The notes: generated from the letters alone by a model not told the origin. A stretch of 64,000 nt of DNA from an uncultured Gemmatimonadales bacterium (GCA_963823035.1 CAWGKG010000012.1:96001-160000); one strand, 5' to 3'. Shown: positions 1-11,268, numbered from the stretch's first letter. Translations and numbers: made by a program.

Positions 1-430
1 CCCTCACCCGGTCGTCGCTGACGTGGTTGATCCAGGTCTCGCCCGTGGTCCACATCATCGACTGCGCGCCACCGAGCAGGAAGCGCAGCGGGAACCAGAG
101 CCAGACGTCAACGTAGAGGCCCATCAGGGTCAGCGCCACGAGTGCCACCACGACACCAGTGGTGATCACCCGGGCCGGGCCGAAGTGGCGGATCAGGCGC
201 GGCACGAAGGGCAGCAGGATGAAGACCGCCGTCATCTGCACGGCGGCGCTGATGCCGATCAGGCTGCCCGGGACGCCGTGGGCCTCCAGCACGATGGAAA
301 AGAGCGGGCCGGTGTAGCCGTAGAACATGGCCATCATGGCCATGGTGCCGATCACCGCGACCAGCCCGCGCCAGTCGATTTTCGGCCGCAGGGACGAAGG
401 CAGCGTCGCAGCGTGGGGATCGGGGCTCAT
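1..430 (-). CDS. MFS transporter (YcaD-like), N-terminal part; runs off window edge
   Basis: Manual translation from ATG at 430: MSPDPHAATLPSSLRPKIDWRGLVAVIGTMAMM...WLWFPLRFLLGGAQSMMWTTGETWINHVSDDRVR, a run of hydrophobic helices with an MFS-type RFLLG motif. Confidence 0.8.
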   Translation of the reverse strand, partial: MSPDPHAATLPSSLRPKIDWRGLVAVIGTMAMMAMFYGYTGPLFSIVLEAHGVPGSLIGISAAVQMTAVFILLPFVPRLIRHFGPARVITTGVVVALVALTLMGLYVDVWLWFPLRFLLGGAQSMMWTTGETWINHVSDDRVR

Positions 431-638
431 GGCGCGGTGCGTGTCCTCGACGGCGAAGGGCGGCCGCGCGGAGCCGCACGCCAAGGCTTTCGCACCTTGT
501 CAGGACAGACGTCAAGTGGGCGTCGCCGCCCAAATCCTCGCCCGCCCTGATCGCCTGACTTCCGGCCATGCCGTCCGCGCACTGCTCATTGGGTGCAGGC
601 GCGGGTCGGTCTAGGATCGGCGATCGGAGGTGCGCGAC

Positions 639-1322
639 ATGGCACGTGCCCTGAGACAGGCCATCGCGCCCGGAACGCTGAGAAGCGTCTACGAGCGTCT
701 CGCCCGGCGCTACGACCGGGAGCACGGGCTGCTCACGCTCCACGCCGACGAGCGCGGCCGGCGCCTGATCGTCGAGCAGGCGGTCCGGCCCGGCGACCGC
801 GTGCTCGACGCCGGCGCGGGCACCGGCAGCACGGCCCTGCTTGCCGCGCGCGCCGCGGGGCCTGGCGGCCACGTCACGCTCTGCGATTTCAGCCCGGCCA
901 TGCTGCGCGAGGCTCGGCACAAGGCCCGCGAAGCCGGGCTCGACGACGCCGTGCGCTGCGTCGTCGGCGACATGCTGGCCCTGCCCTTTCCCGACGGATC
1001 GTTCGACGCGGTCGTGTCGAGCTACAGCGTCTGTCCGCTGATCGACCCGGTCGCCGGCGCACTCGAGCTTTACCGCGTCTTGCGGCCGGGCGGCCGTCTC
1101 GGCATCGCCCATTCGGCCTCGCCGCGCTCCCCTGTCATGCACTGGCTCGCCGAGCGCCTGGAGGACGTGGTCTGGCGCTCCCCCGGCATCTCGATGGGCT
1201 GCCGCGCCGTCGAGGTCCTGCCGGCGCTGCTGGCGGCGGGTGCCGTGCCGCGTTTCGAGCGCCGCATCGGCATGCCGCTCTATCCCTTCGAGGTGGTCGC
1301 GCTGGAAAAGCCCGCAGGCTAG
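639..1322 (+). CDS. Class I SAM-dependent methyltransferase (UbiE-like)
   Basis: VLDAGAGTG motif I, GDMLALPFPDGSFDAV, ELYRVLRPGGRL; GGAGG upstream. Confidence 0.9.
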   Translation: MARALRQAIAPGTLRSVYERLARRYDREHGLLTLHADERGRRLIVEQAVRPGDRVLDAGAGTGSTALLAARAAGPGGHVTLCDFSPAMLREARHKAREAGLDDAVRCVVGDMLALPFPDGSFDAVVSSYSVCPLIDPVAGALELYRVLRPGGRLGIAHSASPRSPVMHWLAERLEDVVWRSPGISMGCRAVEVLPALLAAGAVPRFERRIGMPLYPFEVVALEKPAG

Positions 1323-2569
1323 ACGGCGCAGACCTCGAGCGGGACCGTGGAGAGCCGGCGCGTGCCGTCCTTGCCGTAGGCCATCATGTCAATCAGGGCG
1401 GTGTTGAAGATGCTCTCGAAGTTCGTGACCATGCCCTCCTCGAACACCCGGTCGAGGTACCTGGTGTCCATGACGTGGAAGTAGAAGTCGCCGACCCAGT
1501 CCGGCGGCAGCGAGAGACCGAGCTCGTAGCCCAGCGCCCAGCCCGGCGTACCCCACAGGCCGACGTCCTCGTAGTAGCGCTTCAGCACGGCATTGACCTC
1601 GGCGACCGTCATGCCGGCCTTCACCTCGCTCTCGATGACCTTGAAGACGCCCGATGCCCGTGCGGTGTGGTCGAGCATGTCGCGCGGTGGATCGCCCAGG
1701 AAATAGCCGCGGCAGACATTGCCGTGGTAGCGGTTGAAGACGCCGCACAGGTCGGCCCCCAGGTACTCGCCGGCGGAGATCTTGCGCCGGGTCGCCATGC
1801 TGTGGCCGCCGGAGGCGCGCTTGCCCGCCACCACGGGGAAGCTGTTGAAGATCGGGATCAGCGCGGGGAACTCGCCGCCCGCGGCCATCATCGCCGCTGT
1901 GACCTGGCCGAACAGGTCGAGCTCGGTGATGCCCGGCCGCAGGTTCTCGCGGATCGTCCGGTGGCCGATCTCGCAGATCCGCACCGCCTCCTCGATCGCG
2001 GCGATCTCGGCCGGCGACTTGACCCGCCGGGCGCGCCGCGTGATCGCGCTCGCATCCATGACGTTGCAGCCGCGGGCGCGGAAGGCACCCTCGAACATCG
2101 TGCTGATCGCGCGGTTGGGCAGGTAGCTCCAGAACTCCATGCCGACGTTGCCCTTGAGCCAGCCCTCCGCCTCCAGCTCGTTCATGATGAAATCGAGATT
2201 GGGTGCCGCTTCGCGCGAGGGCAGCCAGCGATTGTCCTTCGAGATCGAATACTGCGCGGTGATGCCGAGCTCGGTCGGGTTGTCGAAGAAGATGAAGTTG
2301 TCGTGGTCGACGTGGATCGCCGTGCCGTAGCACTGGGGGTAGCGCATGGGCGACTGCGCCTTGTACCAGCTCGCGTAGTAGCCGTGCAGCCAGCACACTG
2401 CGTCCGGCGCCGTGACCCACAGCAGGTCGATGCGGGCCTCGGCCATCAACTCCCTCACCCGGCGGATGCGGTCGCGGTATTCGGCCTCCGGGAAGGCGAG
2501 CATCGGTTCACCCATCGCGTCCAGCTCGACGCTGCCGGGGGTCAACCCCAGACCGATGTCGTTCCTCAT
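1319..2569 (-). CDS. M24 family (Xaa-Pro peptidase/creatinase-like) hydrolase
   Basis: FPEAEYRDRIRRVRELM N-domain, RRVKSPAEIA, RPGITELDL pita-bread fold motifs. Confidence 0.85.
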   Translation of the reverse strand: MRNDIGLGLTPGSVELDAMGEPMLAFPEAEYRDRIRRVRELMAEARIDLLWVTAPDAVCWLHGYYASWYKAQSPMRYPQCYGTAIHVDHDNFIFFDNPTELGITAQYSISKDNRWLPSREAAPNLDFIMNELEAEGWLKGNVGMEFWSYLPNRAISTMFEGAFRARGCNVMDASAITRRARRVKSPAEIAAIEEAVRICEIGHRTIRENLRPGITELDLFGQVTAAMMAAGGEFPALIPIFNSFPVVAGKRASGGHSMATRRKISAGEYLGADLCGVFNRYHGNVCRGYFLGDPPRDMLDHTARASGVFKVIESEVKAGMTVAEVNAVLKRYYEDVGLWGTPGWALGYELGLSLPPDWVGDFYFHVMDTRYLDRVFEEGMVTNFESIFNTALIDMMAYGKDGTRRLSTVPLEVCAV

Positions 2570-2704
2570 GATCCCTGCTCCCTGTCGCGTGACGTGCGGA
2601 GCGTGGAGCCTTCGCGCGGCGGCGGCAAGACGCGCTTTGCGCGATTGAAGTCGGGCACCGCGTTCTGCTCCAATCGACAAAAGCCGACAACCGGGAGTGA
2701 CACC

Positions 2705-3801
2705 ATGAAGGCCGCCGTGCTGCGCGAGGTGAACAAGCCGCTCTCGATCGAAGACCGTCTCGATCTCCAAGCCCGAAGTCGCACGAGGTGCTGGTGCGGA
2801 CCACGGCCTGCGGCGTCTGCCACAGCGACCTGCACTACATCGAGGGCAAGTACGCGGCACCGATGCCGACGATCCTGGGCCACGAGGCCGCCGGCGTCGT
2901 CGAGGCGGTCGGCTCCGAGGTGAGCTACGTCAAGCCGGGCGACCACGTCATCACCTGCCTGTCGGTCTTCTGCGGCCATTGCGAATACTGCACCACCGGG
3001 CCGGCCGTTCTGCTGCCAGAACCCGGAGGTCGCGCGCGCCGAGGGCGACGAGCCGCGCCTGGCTCAGCCCAGAACGGCGGCGACCATGCACCAGTTCTAC
3101 AGCCTGTCGGCCTTCGCCGAGCAGATGCTGATCCACGAGCATGCCCTGGTGAAGATCCGCGAGGACATGCCGTTCGACCGCGCGGCGCTGATCGGCTGCG
3201 GCGTCACCACCGGCTTCGGCGCGGTCATCAACACCGCCAAGGTCGAGGTCGGCTCCACGGTGGCGGTGATCGGCTGCGGCGGCATCGGCCTTTCGGCGAT
3301 CAACGGCGCGGCGATCGCCGGCGCCGGCCGCATCATCGCGGTCGACATCAAGGGTTCGAAGCTGAACCTGGCCAAGCACTTCGGCGCGACCGACGTGGTC
3401 AACGCCGCCGAGGTCGATCCGGTCGAGGCGGTGCGCGAGATGACCGGCGGCGGCGTCGAGTATTCCTTCGAGGCGCTCGGCCTGAAGGCGACCAGCCGAG
3501 CAGGCCTTCCGCATGCTGCGCCGCTCCGGCACGGCGACCATCATCGGCATGGTGCCCGAGGGCCAGATGATCGAAGTTCACGGCGCCGACCTGCTCGACG
3601 ACAAGGTGCTGCAGGGCTCCAACATGGGCTCGAACCACTTCCGCGTCGACATGCCGCGCTACGTCGACTTCTACCTCAACGGCAAGCTGCAAGCTCGACG
3701 ACATGATCAGCCGCCGCATGCCAATCGAGAAGATCAACGAGGCCTTCGACGAGATGAAGGGCGGCGAGGTGGCGCGCAGCGTCATCGTCTTCGACGCGTG
3801 A
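2705..3801 (+). CDS. Zn-dependent alcohol dehydrogenase (class III-like), frameshifted in this sequence
   Basis: MKAAVLREVNKPL start, GVCHSDLH, GHEAAG, CGHCEYC, IGCGGIG spread over several frames. Confidence 0.85.
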
Positions 3802-3822
3802 CGGGCCGCAACCACAACATGA

Positions 3823-3976
3823 TCCCCTCCCCCCAGCGAGGGGCAGGCTCTTCCCCGGACTTGATCCGGGGGCCAGGGAGGGGGGACCGCGGAGCAGTTC
3901 CCTTGCCTGCGGTGCGGCGAAGCGGCTGACGCCGCTCACCCCCCATCCCAACCTTCCCCCGCAAGGGAGGAAGGGG
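3823..3976. repeat. Palindromic intergenic mosaic (REP/RIME-like) element
   Basis: TCCCCTCCCC...GGGAGGGGGGA and CCTTCCCCC-GCAA-GGGAGGAAGG arms with a nested CCCCGGACTTGATCCGGGG hairpin. Confidence 0.6.
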
Positions 3977-3984
3977 AAGCTTCC

Positions 3985-4516
3985 ATGACCGGCGAGCGGA
4001 TCGCGATCATCGGCAACGCGGGCGGCGGCAAGTCGACCCTGGCGCGGCGCATGGCGGCAGGCGCGCGACCTGCCGCTGACCGAGGTCGACAAGCTGCTGT
4101 GGCGGCCCGGCTGGGAGGTCACGCCCGAGGACGAATACGACGCACTGCACGGGCCGCTGATCGCCGGCGAAACGCTGGATCATCGAGGGCATGGGCCACC
4201 TGCACTCGATGCGCGACCGCGCCTGCTGCGCGCGACCTGGATCATCGTCATCGACATGCCGATCTGGATGCACTTCTGGCTCGCCGCCGAGCGCCAGATC
4301 GACCAGGGACCGGCCGAGCTCGAGCATCCGCTCGCCGGCCTCGACGAGCTGATCCCGACCGAGGACATGTTCGAGACCCTGTGGGAGACCGAGCAGGACT
4401 GGATGCCGACCATCCGCGCCAACATCGACGAGGCCGAGGCGGCCGGCATCGAGGTCACACGGCTCGCCAGCGTGGAAGAGATCGACGCCTTCGCAACAGC
4501 ACAGGCGCCAGGCTAG
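3985..4516 (+). CDS. Adenylate kinase-like / topology modulation (FlaR-like) P-loop protein, frameshifted
   Basis: RIAIIGNAGGGKSTLAR Walker A, then DKLLWRPGW and WIIEG in shifted frames. Confidence 0.75.
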
Positions 4517-5946
4517 AGGGTCGGCCGCCGCTCCGGCCTGTCAAGCCAGGGACGTACGGCCTCCAGCGCCGCGCCGAGGCGAAAGACGCGTGCATCGTCG
4601 TACTGGCGCGCAACGATCTGGATGCCCGTCGGCAGGCCGTCGTCGGCCAGACCGCTGGGAACCGAAAGCACCGGGCAACGCCCCATCATGTTGAACGGAT
4701 GGGCCAGCGACCAGCCATAGAGCACGTCGACCGAACGGCCATTGACGATCACGGGCTGGTCGGGCTGGTGGTCGGCCGGTATATGGTGACTGCCGAGCGC
4801 AGGGCAGACGAACACGTGGTGCTGGTCGAGCACGCGGCCGAGCCTGCGACCCCAGCGCATCTGCACGTCGTAGGCATGCATGAAGGCCGCGACGCCAACC
4901 TTGCGGTGCTGATCGGCACAGTAGGTCGCCCAGCCGCTCGCCTTGGAGGGATCGGAGTCGACCCAGGCGGCGATCATACCGTTGAACAGGTGGTCGAGAT
5001 AATTCTGCGCCGCCCGGTCCGCCTCCTCGTCCCAGCCGACCTCGACCTCGTCCACGGTCGCCCCGAGGTCGCGCAGCGCGTCAAGCGCCGCCAGCGTGTT
5101 GCGACGCACACCCTCCTCGATCTCGAAGAAGCCGAGATCGATGGAATAAGCGATCTTCCAACCTTCGATGCCGGCCGGCTCCAGCGGCAGGCGATAGCGG
5201 GGCCTGAGCGAGGCGTTGTCGAGCGGGTGCGGGCCGCACATCACGTTCTGCATTAACGCGGCGTCGGCAACCGTGCGCGCCATGGGTCCGAGCGCCGCAT
5301 AGGCATCGTAGGCGAAGGCCGTGTTGTCGGGATTGCGACCGTGGGGAGGCTTGAAACCGACCACGCCGCATGCCGCGGCCGGGATACGGATCGAACCGCC
5401 GATATCCGAGCCCGTGGCGAGCGGTGTCGTACCCGCCGCCAATGCCGCACCGGCCCCGCCTGACGAACCGCCGGCCGTAAAGGCTGGGTTCCATGGCGTG
5501 CCCGTCACCCCGTGGAGACGCGAGTTGCATACGCCGGCGCAGGAAAACTCCGGCGCGTTGGTCCGCGCGTGCACGATGGCCCCGGCGCGCAGCAGCCGCT
5601 CGACCGAAAAGTGCGTCTCCGTGCCGACCCTGCCTTCGAGATAGAGCGAGCCGTTGTCGGTGACCTTGCCCTTCAAGTCCATCTCGTTCTTGACCGCGAT
5701 CGGCAGGCCCTCGAGCGCGCGCAGCCGGTGGCCGGTCTTGGCGTAGCGCGCCTCAGAGCGCCGCGCGGCGGCCCGCGCCTCGTCGTAATAGGTGAAGGCA
5801 AAGGCATTGATGGCAGGCTCGACGCGTTCGGCGCGCGCGATCACCGCATCCAGCAGTTCGACGGGCGAGAGCCGACGCGCGCGAAATAGGGCAAGCGCCT
5901 CGACGGCCGGCAGATAGCAGAGCTCGTCATCGGTCGGTGTCGTCAT
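4513..5946 (-). CDS. Amidase (amidase signature family)
   Basis: GLPIAVK, GGSSGG, GSDIGGSIRIPAAACGVVGFKP. Confidence 0.95.
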   Translation of the reverse strand: MTTPTDDELCYLPAVEALALFRARRLSPVELLDAVIARAERVEPAINAFAFTYYDEARAAARRSEARYAKTGHRLRALEGLPIAVKNEMDLKGKVTDNGSLYLEGRVGTETHFSVERLLRAGAIVHARTNAPEFSCAGVCNSRLHGVTGTPWNPAFTAGGSSGGAGAALAAGTTPLATGSDIGGSIRIPAAACGVVGFKPPHGRNPDNTAFAYDAYAALGPMARTVADAALMQNVMCGPHPLDNASLRPRYRLPLEPAGIEGWKIAYSIDLGFFEIEEGVRRNTLAALDALRDLGATVDEVEVGWDEEADRAAQNYLDHLFNGMIAAWVDSDPSKASGWATYCADQHRKVGVAAFMHAYDVQMRWGRRLGRVLDQHHVFVCPALGSHHIPADHQPDQPVIVNGRSVDVLYGWSLAHPFNMMGRCPVLSVPSGLADDGLPTGIQIVARQYDDARVFRLGAALEAVRPWLDRPERRPTL

Positions 5947-6631
5947 GGTCCTCCACGTCGTCTTGTCGATCTACCCCGCACGCGCGAAGCAACTCCGCGA
6001 CATCGGACTCGAGCTGGCGGCGATGGTCGGCCAGCGTGACCTCCTCCCGGCGCATCAGCTCCATGAAGAGATCGACCCAGTGATCGTAAAGAAATGCCGC
6101 GAGCGCCTTCGTGCCAAACGACGGCGGCAACAGTCCAACGTCGACCATGCGGCGCAGGCGACGTCGCATCTCGGCTCGCACGACCTCCGCGCTGGCGTCG
6201 TAGGCCTGGATCACGGGCGACGACGGACTGGAGAGGCGCGCCGCCTCGACGTTGCGCCAGAACGCCCTGTCGAAGTGGTTCAGCGAGGACTCCGTGATGC
6301 TGACGTAGAGAGCGGCCACCTGACGCGCCGGATCGGTCTCGGGATCGGCCTCGAAGGTGGCGGAGCCCCTCAACCAGTCTTCCTGCTCGCTGACGATCAG
6401 AGCGACCAGCAGGTCGTCCTTGGAGGCGAAGTAGTTGAAGACGGTCGCCGGGGAGACGTCGGAGGCGGCGGCCACATCCGCGATCGTGGTGCCGTCGATG
6501 CCCCGTTCGTGCACCAGTCGCGCAGCACTCGCCAAGATACGCTGCCGTCGTGCCTGCTTCTGGCGCTCGCGAAGGCCGGAACCGCCGGGGGTCGACGCAC
6601 CCTTGGCGCTGCTCGTGGGCTTGGTTACCAT
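5927..6631 (-). CDS. TetR/AcrR family transcriptional regulator
   Basis: GLRERQK...TTIADVAAASDVSPATVFNYFASKDDL helix-turn-helix. Confidence 0.95.
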   Translation of the reverse strand: MVTKPTSSAKGASTPGGSGLRERQKQARRQRILASAARLVHERGIDGTTIADVAAASDVSPATVFNYFASKDDLLVALIVSEQEDWLRGSATFEADPETDPARQVAALYVSITESSLNHFDRAFWRNVEAARLSSPSSPVIQAYDASAEVVRAEMRRRLRRMVDVGLLPPSFGTKALAAFLYDHWVDLFMELMRREEVTLADHRRQLESDVAELLRACGVDRQDDVEDHDDTDR

Positions 6632-6751
6632 GCGAAACCTATAGCATCTCTAATTTTCGATTGACTCTAGTTTTTTGTCTCATAGGCTCGTCACAGTCCC
6701 GGCGATCAACCGTCAACGCGACCGCCGGATGCCATCACAAGGGAGGCCAGC
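6632..6751. promoter_or_regulatory. Divergent promoter region between TetR and ABC binding-protein genes
   Basis: AT-rich; TTGACT (6661)-N16-TAGGCT; imperfect direct repeat CTCTAATTTT/CTCTAGTTTT as a possible operator. Confidence 0.4.
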
Positions 6752-7873
6752 ATGAAAGCCAAGGATATCCTTGCCGCCGTGCGTGACGGACGACTCACTC
6801 GGCGCCAGCTCGCAGCGCTGCTCGGCAGCGTCGGCGTGGGCACCGCGACAATGCGGTTCGCCAGCCGCCCGGCACGGGCCGACGGCGAGCTGCTCTATTT
6901 CGGCTGGGCCGGCTACGAGGACCCGAAGCTGCATGAGGCCTATCTCGCCGAGCATAACGCACCGCCGCAGTTCGCGTTCTGGGCTGACATGGAGGAAGCC
7001 TTCCAGAAGCTCCGCCAGGGTTACGCGCCCGACGTCATGCATCCCTGCAGCGACGTCGTGACCAAGTGGCGCAATGCCAAGCTGGTCGCGCCGATCGACG
7101 AGGCGCGGCTCGACCATCTGCCCGATCTGTTCAAGAGCGTGCTCACGCTTCACGGCACGGTGGTCGACGGCCAGCGCTACTTCGTTCCCTTCGAGTGGGG
7201 CAACTCGACCATCATCTACCGCACAGACCTGCTGGACCCGGCGGACCAGGGCAGCAGCCTCAGCTACAATCTGCTGTTCGACCCCAAGTACAAGGGCCGC
7301 ATCGCCATGTGGGACGAGGGCGTCGCCATCGTCCAGGCGGCCGGCCTGGCGCTCGGCTACGACAACATCTTCTCGCTCTCCAGCGACCAGCTCGTCGAGG
7401 TGCGCAAGCTCATGGAGCGCCAGCGCGACATCGTGCGCTTCTACTGGACCGACAACACCGAGATGGAGCAATCGCTGGCGTCCGGAGAGATCTCGGCGGG
7501 TTGGGGCTGGAACAACTCCTATGCACGCCTTCTCAAGGAGGGCGCCCCGGTGGCCTTCGGCGTGCCCAAGGAGGGCATTCGCACGTGGGTTTGCGGCCTG
7601 ACGATCCACCCCGACACGCCGCACCTGGACGAAGCCTACGACCTGATCAACGCCATGACCGCGCCGGAGTCGGGCGCCTACCTGATCGAGAATTTCGGCT
7701 TCGGCCACAGCAACAGCAAGGCGTTCGCGCAGGTCGATCCGGAGATCCTGGCCGACTACGGGCTGTCGTCGCCCGAGAAGTTCCTGACCGAGGGCGTCAT
7801 GTATGAGCCGATGGAACCCGCCCTGGAGGAGAAGTACTACAGCCTCTTCGAAGAGGTGAAGGCGGGTACCTGA
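6752..7873 (+). CDS. Polyamine-type (PotD/PotF family) ABC substrate-binding protein with Tat-like signal
   Basis: LTRRQL signal, WAGYED, VPFEWG, LFDPKYKGRIAM, PKEG motifs. Confidence 0.9.
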   Translation: MKAKDILAAVRDGRLTRRQLAALLGSVGVGTATMRFASRPARADGELLYFGWAGYEDPKLHEAYLAEHNAPPQFAFWADMEEAFQKLRQGYAPDVMHPCSDVVTKWRNAKLVAPIDEARLDHLPDLFKSVLTLHGTVVDGQRYFVPFEWGNSTIIYRTDLLDPADQGSSLSYNLLFDPKYKGRIAMWDEGVAIVQAAGLALGYDNIFSLSSDQLVEVRKLMERQRDIVRFYWTDNTEMEQSLASGEISAGWGWNNSYARLLKEGAPVAFGVPKEGIRTWVCGLTIHPDTPHLDEAYDLINAMTAPESGAYLIENFGFGHSNSKAFAQVDPEILADYGLSSPEKFLTEGVMYEPMEPALEEKYYSLFEEVKAGT

Positions 7874-7897
7874 CCGCGTTGCCGGGCTGGACAACTC

Positions 7898-9271
7898 CTA
7901 CGCGGGTGCGTCCAGCCCCACCTCTTCCAGCGCCTTTCCCTGGCGCTTCGCCAGCTTCGCCTCGTCGAAGCCGTCGATCAGCTCGTGGAACAGGCGGTGC
8001 CAGTTGACCTCGGCCTCCAGGTGCAGGAAGACGGAGCCCAGGCCGATCGCGGCGCGGTCCATGAAGACGAACTCGCGCGGCACCGTGACGCCGCCCAGCT
8101 CGCGCAGCGCCGCGGTGCACCTTGGCCGCCACCTTGCGCGCCGTACATGCCGCCCTCCGTCCTGGATCGCGCCGCGGGCTGGTCCTCCAGCAGCGGCGCA
8201 TAGATGAACTCGCGCCCACAGGTTCAGCGTGTCGATCACCTCGTTCGAGAGCCCGGTGAAGCCCCAGGTCTCGTAGGCATGGACGGCGAGGTCGCGGTCG
8301 TCGTCGCTCGCAGCGCGTGGTAGAGGTCGATGACGCCCTCGACGAAGCGTCGGCGGGAAGACGCGCACGCAGCCGAAGTCGAGCAGGTTGACGCGCCATG
8401 TCCGGCGCGCACCGTGTAGTTGCCCAGATGCGGGTCGCCGTGGATCACGCCGTAGCCGTAGAACGGCACGTACCAGGCGCGGAACATGGCCATGCGCGAG
8501 CTCGTTGCGCTCCTCCAGCGGCTGCGTCCTTGAACCGCATCAGCGGCTCGCCCGCCATCCAGCCCATGGTCAGCAGCCGCTCGGTCGAGAGCTCCGGCAC
8601 GACCTCCGGCACATGCGACGCCGGCTCCTCGCCCGCCAGCATGATGCGGTAGAGGCGCTGGTGGCGCGGCCTCGCGCTCGTAGTCCAGCTCCTCGCGCAG
8701 CCGCGCGGCGATCTCGTCGTGGATATCGGCTGGGGTCGATCGCCCGGTCGTAGCGGCGGTAGACCGCGAAGATCAGCTTGAGCTGGTGCAGGTCCGCCTC
8801 GACCGCCGACTGCATGTCCGGGTATTGCAGCTTGCAGGCCAGCAGCCGTCCGTCATGGCCGATCGCGCGGTGGACCTGGCCGAGCGAGGCGGCGGCCGCC
8901 GCCTCGTGCTCGAAGCTCTTGAAGCGCTTCTGCCAGTCCGGCCCGAGTTCCGCCGCCATGCGCCGGCGCACGAAGGGCCAGCCCATGGGCGGCGCGTTCG
9001 ACTGCAGCTGCGCCAGCTCGCCGGCATATTCGGCCGGCAGCGCGTCGGGGATGGTGGCGAGCATCTGCGCCACCTTCATCAGCGGGCCCTTGAGCCCGCC
9101 CAGCGCGCCGCGCAGCGTCGGCCGCCGCCTCGGCGCTGTCGGTCTCAAGCCGAGACAGGCGCTCGCCGCCCATGCGCGCGGCGACCCGGCCGACCGAGCG
9201 TGCCGACGCGCGCATAGCGCGACATCCGGCCGGCCAGCCGGTTGGTTTCGCCGCCGTCCGCGCTCGCTCAT
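7898..9271 (-). CDS. ABC1/AarF/UbiB-family atypical kinase, frameshifted
   Basis: LKGPLMKVAQ, AAASLGQVH, KLQYP, IHGDPHLGN, LLDFGC in successive frames. Confidence 0.85.
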
Positions 9272-9285
9272 GCCGGCTGGGCGTC

Positions 9286-11108
9286 TCAGGCGCGCCGCAT
9301 CCGGCGGCCTCCAGCTCGTCGATGAAGCCCGCGATCACGTCGAGCCCCTTCGACCAGAACGCCGGGTCGGAGGCATCGAGCCCGAAGGGCGCCAGAAGCT
9401 CCTTGTGGCGCTTGCGTGCCGCCCGCCCGCAGCATGTCGAGATAGCGTGTCCTGGAAGCCCGCCTCGGCCTCCTGGTAGATCGGCGTAGAGCGAGTTCAC
9501 CAGGCAATCGCCGAAGGCATAGGCGTAGACGTAGAACGGCGAATGGATGAAGTGCGGGATGTAGGTCCAGAAGATCCGGTAGTCGTCGTCGAAGCGCAGC
9601 GCCGGGCCCAGGCTTTCGCGTCTGCACGTCCATCCAGATCTCGCCGATGCTCGTCGGGCGTCAGCTCGCCCTCGCGCCGCTCGTCGTGGACGCGGCGTCT
9701 CGAACTCGTAGAACGCGATCTGGCGCACCACCGTGTTCAGCATGTCCTCGACCTTGCCGGCCAGGATCGTGCGCCGCCGCGCCGGGTCCTTCTCGGCTGC
9801 TTCAGCAGGCGCGCGGAAGGTCAGCATCTCGCCGAACACCGAGGCGGTCTCGGCCAGGGTCAGCGGCGTGTCGGCCAGCAGATGCGCCCTGGTCGGCCGG
9901 CCAGCACCTGGTGGACGCCGTGGCCCAGCTCGTGCGCCAGCGTCATCACGTCGCGCGTCTTGCCCTGGTAGTTCAGCAGCACGTAGGGATGCGCGCTCGG
10001 CACGGTCGGATGGGCGAAGGCGCCCGACGCCTTGCCGGGCCGCGCCGGCGCGTCGATCCAGCGCCTGGTCGAAGAAGCGCTCGCGCGATCTCGGCCATGC
10101 TCGGGCGAGAACGCGCCATAGGCGTCGAGCACCGTGGCGCTGCGCCTCGTCCCACGGGATCGCGCGGTCGTCGTCCTCGGGCAGCGGCGCGTTGCGGTCC
10201 CAGTAGTCGAGCTTGTCGCCGCCCATCCACTTGCGCCTTCAGCGCGTAGTAGCGGTGCGACAGGCGCGGATAGGCGTCGCGCACCGCGGCGATCAGGGCG
10301 TCGACCACCTCGTCCTCGACCTGGTTGGCGAGGTTGCGCGACGAGATCGGCCGCGCGAAGCTGGCGCCAGCGGTCCTCGATCTCCTTGTCCTTGGCCAGC
10401 GTGTTGGTGATCAGCGCGAACAGCCGCACGTTCGCCCGAAGCACGCGCGCCAGATCTCGCGCGGCGCCGCCTTGCGCTTCGCGCCGTCCGGGTCGGACAG
10501 CAGGTCGAGCGTCTCCGCGCTGGTCAGCTCCTTGCCGTCGACGGCGAAGCGCAGAGCCGGCCATGGTCTCGTCGAACAGCCGGCTCCAGGCCGCGCGCGC
10601 CGGCGACCGACTTCTCGTGCAGCAGCGTCTCCAGCTCGTCGGAGAGCTGGTGCGGCCGGAACGCGCGGACGTCGCGCAGCCAGGGCCGGTAGTGCGCCAG
10701 CTGCGGGCGCCTTCAGCTGGCGCTCCAGCACCGCGTCGTCGATCTGGTTGATCTCGAGCGTGAAGAACAGCGAGTCGGCTGGTGATCGCGTTGACGCGCT
10801 CCTGCATCGTCCTGGTAGAAGCGCGCCGATCTGCGGCATCGCTCATGTTGCCGGCGAACAGCAGCTGGGCATAGCTCATGACCCGGCCCAGGCGTCTCCT
10901 GCATCGCCTCGTAGCTCGGCGATGGCCGCGCCGAGCGCCGCCCCGTCGAGCTCGGCCAGCTTGCCCTTGTAGCGCCGTCGCGGAAGGCCTCGGCCTCGCG
11001 CTCCGGCGCCAGTCGAGATCGCGCTCGAGCGCCGGGTCGTCCGGCCGCGCGTAGAGATCGGCAAGGTCCCATTCGGGCAGGCGCGCCGAGGTCGGCGGCG
11101 TCGGTCAT
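9286..11108 (-). CDS. pepF: Oligoendopeptidase F (M3B), frameshifted
   Basis: TLAHELGHGVHQ (HExxH), GAFAHPTVPSAHPYVLLNY, AETASVFGE, HFIHSPFYVYAYAFG. Confidence 0.85.
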
Positions 11109-11268
11109 GGCAGCTCCGGCGGATTCGGATCGGGCGGGTCAGCCTCTCCATATGCGGCTAGTCGGCAGACTTCGCCACCGGCGACGTCGGCGCTCCTCGA
11201 TTGCACGCCGGCCTAGCCGCGCTCACTAGGACGGCGAGGCCAGCACCGGCGCATCGCGGGAGCAGACC

